DNA of 64,000 nucleotides from Myxococcota bacterium (GTDB taxonomy: Bacteria > Myxococcota_A > UBA9042 > PHBI01 > JAWLBL01), in contig JAWLBL010000010.1 in the NCBI GenBank assembly GCA_041687695.1, forward strand, positions 130,676 to 194,675, given 5' to 3'. The notes under the pieces are model-generated. The model was not told the origin of the DNA. It was given only the letters and a program-made list of their open reading frames with translations, and did no database searches. The translations under genes and the position numbers were made by a program. Of the stretch, positions 30,801 to 41,020 are shown piece after piece. Position 1 is the first letter of the stretch, and each line of letters opens with the position of its first letter.

Positions 30801-33800
30801 CGACCCGCTCGTCGGCTGCGTGTTCACGCCGGTCGCGACCGGGACCGCCTGCGACGACGGCGACGCCTGCACCGCCGGGTCGACCTGCAGCGCGGCGGGC
30901 GTCTGCGGCGGCGGCAGCAACACCTGCTCGTGCTCGAAGACGTCGGACTGCCCGGCGCTGACCACGGCCTGCGGCGGGACCTACACCTGCACGGCCGGCA
31001 AGTGCGTCAAGGGGGCCAAGGTCGTGTGCCCCGACTCGGGCAACCCGTGTCGGCCCAACGTCTGCGTGCCCACCACCGGTCAGTGCATCGCGGTCAACGC
31101 GCCGAACGGCTCGACCTGCGCGGACGGCGACCTGTGCACCGTCGACGACGCGTGCGTGGCCGGCAAGTGCACCGGCAAGAAGGCCAGCTGTGACGACGGC
31201 AACCCCTGCACGGCGGACAGCTGCGCGGGCGGCCTGTGCGTCCACACGCCGCTGTCGGGCGGCAGCTGCGACGACGGCGACCTCTGCACCGTCCTGACGA
31301 CGTGCAGCGCCGGCATCTGCGGCGGTGGCCTCGACAAGTGCAACTGCTCGAACGACACGCAGTGCGCCACCATCGACCCGAACAAGTGCGGCGACACGTG
31401 GGCCTGCGTGGACAACTACTGCCAGCAGGTTCCCGACTCGGCGCCCAAGTGCGTGGACGAGGACCCGAACGACTGCGTCGTGACGGCCTGCTCGCCCAGC
31501 ACCGGCCAGTGCGTGTCGACGCCGCGCCCGAACGGCAGCGCCTGTAGCGACGGGACCGTCTGTACGGGGCCCGACACCTGCAACGCCGGCGTGTGCACCG
31601 GGACCACGCTGGTGGCCTGCGCGGACCCCGACCCCGACGACTGCCTCGAGGTCTACTGCCACCCGACGCTGGGCGGGTGCCTGGTGCGCCCGCGCCCGGA
31701 CGGCGCGACGTGCTCGGACGACGACGCGTGCACGACGGACGAGCGCTGCGTCGCCGGCTCCTGCCAGGGTGAGCTGGTCGACTGCGAGGACGGCAACCCG
31801 TGCACCGAGACGAGCTGCAGCGCCGAGCTCGGCTGCGTGACCAAGCCGCTGTACGGCGCGTGCGACGACGGCAACCCGTGCACCGACGGGACCCTGTGCG
31901 ACAACGGCCAGTGCAAGGGCGGCGTGAAGACCTGCGGCTGCACCGGCGACGAGGACTGCGCCGACCTGGCCGGCGGCGACCTGTGCGCCGGCGTGTGGAC
32001 GTGCGTGGCGCAACAGTGCGTGCACCAGGCCGGGACCGAGGTGACCTGCCCGACGCCTCCGGGCGCGCCGTGCACGGAGGCGGTCTGCGACCCGGGCACC
32101 GGCACCTGCGTGAACCAGCCGGCGGCGGGGACGCCGGCCTGCGACGACGGCAGCGCGTGCACCATCCTGGACCGCTGTCAGGCGGGGGCCTGCAAGGGGC
32201 TCAAGCGCAACTGCGACGACGGCAACCCGTGCACCGCGGACAGCTGCGATCCGGCCATTGGCTGCGTGAACGCGCCGACCGCGAACGGCACGACCTGTGA
32301 CCTGGCGGGGTGCCCCGACGGCGGCCTGTGCAGCGGCGGCTCCTGCCAGCCCAGCGGGGCTCAGGCCTGCGGGTGCGCCAGCGACGCCGACTGCGCGGCC
32401 CACGAGGACGGCGACTTCTGCAACGGCACGCTGCGCTGCGGCGCCGACGGGCAGTGCCAGGTCGATCCGGCGACGGTCGTCGCCTGCCCGGCGGACCCCA
32501 CGGGGTGCACGGTCGCGGCCTGCGATCCGGCGACCGGCGCCTGCCTGGCCGAGGTGCTGCCGGATGGGACCCTGTGCAACGACGGCGACGCCTGCACCAG
32601 CGGCGACGCCTGCCTCTCCGGCGGCTGCGCGGGCGTGCCGGTCGGGTGCGACGACGGCGTCCCGTGTACGCGGGACAGCTGCGACCCGGTGCTCGGGTGC
32701 ATCCACGAGGACTTCGCGGGGCCGTGCGACGACGGCAACCCGTGCACGACCGACGACGTGTGCGTCGACGGGACGTGCTCGGGCGTGACGATCGTGTGCG
32801 ACGACGGCGAGTTCTGCACCGTCGGCTCGTGCACGACCGCCAAGGGGTGCGTCTTCAACCCGAAGGGCGCCGTCGTGTGCGACGACGGCAACCCGTGCAC
32901 GACGGGCGACAAGTGCAGCGCCGGCGAGTGCAAGGGCAACCCGGTCTGCGGCTGCGAGGTCGACGCCGACTGCGCCGCGTCGCAGCCGGCCGACAAGTGC
33001 GAGGGTCAGCTGGTCTGCGTCGAGGGCGCCTGCGTCATCGACCCGGCCACGGTGCCGAGCTGCCCGGCGTCGACGGCGTGCCTCGACTCGGTCTGCGACG
33101 CGGCGACCGGCGCCTGCCAGGTCACTCCCAAGAACGAGGGCGGCGCCTGTGACGACGGCGACGCCTGCACCGAGGACGACACCTGCGTCGAGGGCGCCTG
33201 CCTCGGCGACGCCGTGACCTGCCCGGACACCGACGAGCCCTGCAAAGAGATCGTCTGCGTGCCCGAGGTGGGCTGCGCGATGCAGGACTCGACGGCGCCC
33301 TGCAACGACGGCGAGAGCTGCACGGTCGACGACCGCTGCGTCGGCGGCCAGTGCGTCGGCCAGGCCCCGCCCACCTTCGCGTCGGGCTTCGACGACGGGG
33401 ATCTGGCCGACTGGACCCTCTCGACGACGGGTGAGGCGGCCGGCTGGCAGGCCTCCGGAATCACGACGAACACGGGGCCGCTCGCGCTCTACGCGGGCAA
33501 CCCCGCCACCGGCACGCTCTCCGACACGGCGCCCTGGATGGCCATCGCCACCCTGCCACAGGTCTTCGTGCCGCTGGGCGTCACCATCGCCGAGCTGCGG
33601 TTCGCGATGGCGCTCGACGTCGAGGATCCGACGTGCGTGGCCGAGGTCTTCACGGTCGCCGTCAACGGCGCGACGGTCTACACGGCCTGCGCGCCGTCGG
33701 GCGGCTTCACGCTGGTCACGGTCGACCTCACGGCCTTCGCCGGCTCGGTCGTCGAGGTCCAGCTCGTGATGGACACGGTCTCCACCTCCACCAGCGGCGC

Positions 33801-33863
33801 GATGGGCGCCGTCGTCGACGACCTCGTGCTCGACTGGGCCTGCCCGGTCGCCGGAGGGCTCTG

Positions 33864-33864
<1 letters not shown>
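27829..33864 (+). CDS. Giant Cys-rich repeat lipoprotein (~2011 aa) with C-terminal beta-sandwich-like domain
   Basis: AGGAGG RBS before ATG 27829; lipobox LLVG-C; dozens of CDDG(N/D)xCTxxDxC repeats grouped in ~11 larger modules; final ~165 aa non-repetitive (FASGFDDG...WT...VVDDLVL). Confidence 0.9.
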
Positions 33865-35618
<1,754 letters not shown>

Positions 35619-35624
35619 CGCGGC

Positions 35625-35687
35625 CGGCTGCACGGACTTGGGCGGTCCGGGGCCGAGGCCTCGGGACCGCCTAAGTCCGTGCAGCCG
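35625..35687. repeat. Long near-perfect inverted repeat (~29-bp stem hairpin)
   Basis: CGGCTGCACGGACTT/AAGTCCGTGCAGCCG perfect 15 bp, continued by GGGCGGTCC/GGACCGCCT and an inner GC stem; no U-tract. Confidence 0.85.
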
Positions 35688-35731
35688 CGGGGACGATCGT
35701 GTACCTTCGCGCGCCTTGTTGGAGGTTCACG

Positions 35732-37477
35732 ATGTCCGAACGCCACGACCGCATCGTCCAGCGGCTGACCGCCGCTGCGCGCCAGGCCATGCAACAGGCG
35801 CTTGGGGTCGACGCCGACCCCGACGTGCGCGAGACCAGTGACCCGCGCTTCGGCGACTATCAGATCAACGGCGTGCTCCCCCTGGCCAAGTCGCTCAAGA
35901 AGAACCCGCGCGAGCTGGCGAACCAGGTGCTGGGCGCGCTCGACACGGGCGGGATGTGCCTGGCCCCCGAGATCGCCGGCCCTGGCTTCATCAACCTTCG
36001 CCTCGACCCCGCGTGGGTCGCGGCCGAGGTCGCGCGCCGCACCACCGACACGGCGCGCATGGGGCTGGGCCCGGCCGAGCAGCCCCAGAGCGTCGTCATC
36101 GACTTCTCGAGCCCCAACGTCGCCAAGCGCATGCACGTCGGGCACCTGCGCTCGACCATCATCGGCGACGCCCTGGCGCGCACCCTGCGCTTTCTGGGCC
36201 ACCGGGTCGTCGGCGACAACCACATCGGCGACTGGGGCACCCAGTTCGGCATCCTGATCTGGGCCTGGAAGCACCACGCCGATCCCGCGAACCTCGAGGC
36301 CGACCCCATCGGCGAGCTCGAGCGCCTGTACAAGCTCGGCAGCGAGCAGGCCAAGGGCGACCCGGCCATCGCCGAGGCCACCCGCGCCGAGCTGGCGCGT
36401 CTGCAGCAGGGCGACGCCGACAACCTCGCCCTGTGGCACCGCTTCGTCGCCATCTCGCGCGCCGAGGCCGAGCGCATCTACCACCGCCTGGGCGTCGCCT
36501 TCGACACCTGGCACGGCGAGAGCTTCTACAACGACGCGCTGCCGGGCGTGGTCGAGGAGCTGAAGGCCAAGGGCCTCGCGCGGCAGAGCCAGGGCGCCAT
36601 GGCCGTCTTCTTCCCCGAGGAGACCGGGATGGCCGAGCAGCCCTTCCTGGTCCAGAAGTCGGACGGGGCCTTCCTGTACTCGACGACCGACATCGCGACC
36701 CTGCAGCACCGGCGTGAGGCCTATCAGCCGGACCGCATCATCTACGTCGTCGACGTGCGCCAGTCGCTGCATTTCAAGCAGCTCTTCACGACCGCCCGCA
36801 TGCTGGGCATGGACGCCGTCGACCTCGAGCACGTCGGCTTCGGCATGATGCTGGGCGCCGACGGACGGCCCTTCAAGACGCGCGAGGGCGGCACCATCAC
36901 CCTCGAGGCCCTGCTCGACGAGGCCGAGGAGCGCGTGCTGCCCATCGTGCGCGAGAAGTGGCCCAACGCGAGCGACGCCGAGCAGCGCGAGATCGCCTCC
37001 GCCGTCGGCATCGGCGCCGTCAAGTACGCCGACCTGTCGCAGAACCTGGCCACCGACTACAAGTTCGAGTGGGACAAGCTGCTGGCCTTCGACGGCAACA
37101 CCGGGCCCTACCTGCTGTACACGCTCGTCCGCACCCGGGCCATCCTGCGCGAGAACGAGGCCCGCTTCGGCGAGGCCTTCGTCCCGTCGGGCGAGCCGCT
37201 CACCCTGGTCATGGACCAGGAGAAGGAGCTCGCCAAGGAGCTGCTCCGCTTCGGCGACGTCCTCGACCGGGTCGGGCGCCTGTCGCGCCCCCACATGCTG
37301 TGCGAGTACCTGTTCGGCCTCGCCCGCAAGACCAACCCGTTCTACGCGGCCTGCCCGGTGCTGCGCGCCGAGACGGACGCCCTGCGCCGCTCGCGCCTGA
37401 CCCTGTGCGCCGCGACCGCCCAGACGCTGGCCATCGGCCTGTCGTGCCTGAACATCCCGACGGTCGAGCGCATGTGA
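35732..37477 (+). CDS. argS: Arginine--tRNA ligase
   Basis: FGDYQIN, GPGFIN, DFSSPNVAKRMHVGHLRSTIIGD (HIGH), FKTREG, AVKYADL, GNTGPYLLY, terminal ERM; GGAGG RBS. Confidence 0.98.
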   Translation: MSERHDRIVQRLTAAARQAMQQALGVDADPDVRETSDPRFGDYQINGVLPLAKSLKKNPRELANQVLGALDTGGMCLAPEIAGPGFINLRLDPAWVAAEVARRTTDTARMGLGPAEQPQSVVIDFSSPNVAKRMHVGHLRSTIIGDALARTLRFLGHRVVGDNHIGDWGTQFGILIWAWKHHADPANLEADPIGELERLYKLGSEQAKGDPAIAEATRAELARLQQGDADNLALWHRFVAISRAEAERIYHRLGVAFDTWHGESFYNDALPGVVEELKAKGLARQSQGAMAVFFPEETGMAEQPFLVQKSDGAFLYSTTDIATLQHRREAYQPDRIIYVVDVRQSLHFKQLFTTARMLGMDAVDLEHVGFGMMLGADGRPFKTREGGTITLEALLDEAEERVLPIVREKWPNASDAEQREIASAVGIGAVKYADLSQNLATDYKFEWDKLLAFDGNTGPYLLYTLVRTRAILRENEARFGEAFVPSGEPLTLVMDQEKELAKELLRFGDVLDRVGRLSRPHMLCEYLFGLARKTNPFYAACPVLRAETDALRRSRLTLCAATAQTLAIGLSCLNIPTVERM

Positions 37478-37559
37478 CCGCGCTGGCGACCCCGGTCGCC
37501 AGCGTCGCGCCCCGATCCGTCGGGGGCCTCAGGAACGCTCGAATGGGGGAAATTCCGCC

Positions 37560-37698
37560 TGGTGGGGCCGCCGGATCGGCTGGTGGCCCCGCCGGACCCC
37601 ATGGTGACCCCGTTACATGGGGTGGTGACCCCGTTAGCCACGGGTGGTGACCCCGTTAGCCAGGGGTGGTGACCCCGAAACCCAGCCCGGTGGCGAAA
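37560..37698. repeat. 21-22 bp periodic tandem repeat, core TGGTGACCCCG
   Basis: Exact cores at 37602, 37623, 37645, 37667; degenerate ones at 37560, 37581, 37688. Confidence 0.8.
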
Positions 37699-37761
37699 AA
37701 TCTCGCTATCCCGAGGCCCGAAGCGCCCATCGCCCCGACTCGCGTCGGGGCCTGGGGGCGG

Positions 37762-38625
37762 TCAGAACAGCAGCCGCGCCAGCTTGCGCCGCAGCTGCTC
37801 GATCGCCTCGTCGCCGCGACCGGCGGCCTCGAAGAGCATCGAGGCGGCCTTCTTCGCCCGGTCGCGCAGCTCGGCCGGCGCCGAGCCCACCAGGGTCACG
37901 AGCGTCCCGAGCCCCGAGGCGAACTGGCCGCGGGCTCCTTCCGCCAGCGCTACCAGATAGGCGGCCTCGGCGTCGCCGGGGTCGCGTCCGAGCCGATCCC
38001 GAACGGCGGCCTCGCCGCCCGCGGCCGCGACCTCTCCGCTGAGCTCCTTGAGCGCCAGCGCCGCGCGCCCGGCGTTGTACTCGGGCATCTTCGGGTCGAT
38101 CTTGCCGAGGACGGCCTCGGCCTCGTCCACACGCCCGCTGGTCATGAGCAGGCGCCCGAGCTCGAGCAGCGCCTTGCCGTCCGCGGCGTCCTTGGCGACG
38201 CGATCGCGCCAGAAGCGTTCGGCCTGCTCCGGGTCGGCCGGGGGGCCCGCCTCCTCGGCCTCGGGGGCCTCGACGCCCGCGGCCTGCAGGACGCTCTCGA
38301 CGAAGCGCTTGACCTCGGCCTTGGGCAGCGCGCCGACGAAGCTGTCGACGTAGGCGCCCTGGAAGACGGCGACCACGGTCGGGATCGACTGCGCCTGGAA
38401 CGCCTGCGCCAGCCGCGGGTTCTTGTCGACGTCGACCTTGGCCAGGCGGAAGGCGCCCTTCATCTCGTCGGCCAGGCCCTCGAGGATGGGCCCCAGCGTC
38501 TTGCAGGGGCCGCACCACGAGGCCCAGAAGTCGACCAGCACCGGCGCCTTCAGGCTGTACTCGATGATGTCCTTCTGAAAGGTGGCCTCGGTGACGTCGA
38601 CGACGTGCTGCGACTTGCCGGCCAT
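37762..38625 (-). CDS. cnoX: Thioredoxin + TPR chaperedoxin (CnoX/YbbN family)
   Basis: PVLVDFWASWCGPCKTLGPILE, QSIPTV, helical TPR-like C-half ending RRKLARLLF. Confidence 0.9.
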   Translation of the reverse strand: MAGKSQHVVDVTEATFQKDIIEYSLKAPVLVDFWASWCGPCKTLGPILEGLADEMKGAFRLAKVDVDKNPRLAQAFQAQSIPTVVAVFQGAYVDSFVGALPKAEVKRFVESVLQAAGVEAPEAEEAGPPADPEQAERFWRDRVAKDAADGKALLELGRLLMTSGRVDEAEAVLGKIDPKMPEYNAGRAALALKELSGEVAAAGGEAAVRDRLGRDPGDAEAAYLVALAEGARGQFASGLGTLVTLVGSAPAELRDRAKKAASMLFEAAGRGDEAIEQLRRKLARLLF

Positions 38626-38731
38626 GCGGTGCTCCAACGGGACAGCCAGGGGGATGGGCCAGGGGATGATGTGGGCTGGCGGCGAGGATAGGGGCCGCCA
38701 CCCACCTTCTCAATAGTTGGGACGAGACCCC

Positions 38732-40864
38732 TCAGAACTGCGAGCCGTCCGCCTTGGTGCCCGGCGTCGGCGCGCCCAACACGAACGCGGCGGCCTCGTC
38801 GCCGTCGACGGCCCGGGCCAGGGCCTTGTCCTGGCCGCCCTCGGCGCCGTAGGCCACCTCGGCGACCGGGTTGCCGTCCACGTCGGCCAGCCGCACCCGG
38901 TCGCCGCCGTTGTTGAGCCCCAGCATCCCGGTCGTCGCGGTCTGCACGAGGGTCGTGCCGACCTGCAGGTTCGGCGTCCCGCCGCCGAAGACCACCAGCG
39001 CGCCACCCGGCGCGAGCACCGTGCCGCTGGGGAGCTGGTGCCGGACACCGACCGCGTCGCTGATCGTCCAGCGGCTGAGGTCCACCTCGGCCCCGCCGAC
39101 GTTGACGATCTCGACGAACTCGTCCTGCGAGGCGTCGCGGTGGCCGTCGCCGTTGACGTCGCCCGCCGCCCCGTTGGCCGGGTCCGCCAGCAGCTCGTTG
39201 ATGACCAGCTTCGGCGCCTCGATCTCCTTGACGCAGGACAGGCTCTCGGGGACGCAGACCTTGCCCGACAGGGTCCCGCTGGCCTGCGTGTGGCGGCAGG
39301 CGAAGCCGGCGCCGCAGTCGCGGCTGGCCGTGCACTGCGGCGTGCACGCGCGGCTGCCGTCGCCCATGACCGTGCAGCGCATGCCCTCGCCGCAGTTCGC
39401 GTTGGTCTTGCAGGTCGTGCAGGTCTTGGCCGGGTCGGCGAAGGGGTGCACGGTCGGGTTGTCGTCGATGCCGTGGACGCCGTACATCGTCGTGAACCAG
39501 GTCGAGTTCGCGTCCAGCTCGTTCAGCAGCTCGCCGTAGGTCTTCGGCGCCGCCTTCTTGTCCCAGCGGCCGCCCATCAGCGCCGTCAGCGTGTCGATGA
39601 CCGTGCCGGCCGTGGCCGCGTTCGAGAAGCTGGTCGTCGTGATGACGTCGAGGTCCTCGAGGCCCGGCTTGCTGGGGTTGAGGTAGAAGGCGTGCCCGAT
39701 GGCGTAGGTGTCGCAGCCCTCGGCCACGATGAGCTGGTAGGTGCCCACGTTCAGCTCGGCCTCCATCAGCTCGGAGTCGTCGACGTCACCCGCCGACGTC
39801 GTGCGCCAGTTGGCCAGCGCGAAGCCGTAGAAGGGACCCGAGTGACCGCTGAAGATCACGACCTCGCGGTTGGCGAGGCTGTCGAACATGTCGGCCTCGA
39901 GCTGCAGGCCGCCCTTGGTGGTGTCGGGGTTGGTGTCCGGGTCGCCCGAGCGGCCCCAGAAGAGCGAGACCTCGGCCTGCACCGGCTTGCCGCCGTAGGT
40001 GAAGGATCCGACCAGCGGCCCGGCGTCGTGCCGCAGATCCGCCCAGGAGCCCACCGGCGACTTGAAGCCCTTGGCGACCAGGAAGTCGTAGACGGCCTTG
40101 GAGTGCTTCTCGTGGTAGGCGTTGTGGTAGTCCCACCCGAAGTGGATGCCCATGGTCACCTTGCCGTCCGCGTACAGCCGGTTGGTGTCGATCCACGCGT
40201 CGTCGCTGCGCGGCTCGGGGCGGATGGTCAGGACCTGGATGGTCTTCTTGTCGTCCGAGACCTTGCTGGGGTCGAACGACCCCCACGGGCTCGACCGGTA
40301 CCACTCGCGGTCGGTCTCGAGCTTCTGCATCTCGGTGTTCGAGATCTTGCCGATCCACAGGTCGAACTCGTAGGCGTCGGGCCCCACGGACCGCGCGCCC
40401 GGCAGCGCGGCGATGAGGTCCATCTGGCCGCCGACCTCTTGCCGCAGCGTGAACGACCAGGTCAGGGGCTGGCCCTCGACCGCGCGTAGATCCATGTCCT
40501 CGTAGGACCCGTTCTTGGTCAGCGCCTTGAACCCGCCGTAGGCGTCGTCCCCGTCCTTGTCGACCAGGTAGGTGTTGAGGAACCACCCGATGACGACCTG
40601 CTTGTACGGGATGAGCCGCTGCACCTCGGCCAGCTGCTGCGCCTCGGTCTTGTCGGCCCACGACGCGTCGAGCGTAATCGTGGTGCGACCCTCGACGTAG
40701 TACTCCTGCGCGCTGCGGCTATAGAAGTCGTCGGCCTTGCCGGCCGGGACGACGGTGGCGATCTCGTCGTCCTGCGGCGCGGTGGCGGCGTCGTCGCAGG
40801 CGAAGAGCGGCAGGGCCGCGAGCGCGAGGAAGGGCAGGGCGGGCAGCAGGGAAGGGCGCGGCAT
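38732..40864 (-). CDS. Lipoprotein: uncharacterised N-domain (possible clan CD protease), Cys-rich linker, C-terminal lamin-tail domain
   Basis: Lipobox LFA-C, GKAD motif; C-terminal LVINELLADP...DEFVEIVN....VDLSRWTISD...LNNGGDRVRL is an LTD signature. Confidence 0.8.
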   Translation of the reverse strand: MPRPSLLPALPFLALAALPLFACDDAATAPQDDEIATVVPAGKADDFYSRSAQEYYVEGRTTITLDASWADKTEAQQLAEVQRLIPYKQVVIGWFLNTYLVDKDGDDAYGGFKALTKNGSYEDMDLRAVEGQPLTWSFTLRQEVGGQMDLIAALPGARSVGPDAYEFDLWIGKISNTEMQKLETDREWYRSSPWGSFDPSKVSDDKKTIQVLTIRPEPRSDDAWIDTNRLYADGKVTMGIHFGWDYHNAYHEKHSKAVYDFLVAKGFKSPVGSWADLRHDAGPLVGSFTYGGKPVQAEVSLFWGRSGDPDTNPDTTKGGLQLEADMFDSLANREVVIFSGHSGPFYGFALANWRTTSAGDVDDSELMEAELNVGTYQLIVAEGCDTYAIGHAFYLNPSKPGLEDLDVITTTSFSNAATAGTVIDTLTALMGGRWDKKAAPKTYGELLNELDANSTWFTTMYGVHGIDDNPTVHPFADPAKTCTTCKTNANCGEGMRCTVMGDGSRACTPQCTASRDCGAGFACRHTQASGTLSGKVCVPESLSCVKEIEAPKLVINELLADPANGAAGDVNGDGHRDASQDEFVEIVNVGGAEVDLSRWTISDAVGVRHQLPSGTVLAPGGALVVFGGGTPNLQVGTTLVQTATTGMLGLNNGGDRVRLADVDGNPVAEVAYGAEGGQDKALARAVDGDEAAAFVLGAPTPGTKADGSQF

Positions 40865-41020
40865 CTCGTGTCTCCATCGGGCGGTGCGTGCGGGGGCGGT
40901 TAGCACACCCCGTGCCATGAGCACAATCCTTGGTAGTGCGCCGCCGGGTCCCCATAATGGGGGGCCTGCCGACCCCAGCCAGCTCCCCCGCCCGCGCCCA
41001 TCCGGCGAAACGAGCCACCC

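Noticed and set aside
27571..32706. 1711-aa minus-strand ORF
   Set aside because: Antisense shadow of the Cys-rich lipoprotein; no motifs; long stop-free antisense frames are expected at this GC content.
37560..37698. Mini-CRISPR or plasmid origin
   Set aside because: Units are contiguous with no unique spacers; no rep gene or AT-rich unwinding element.
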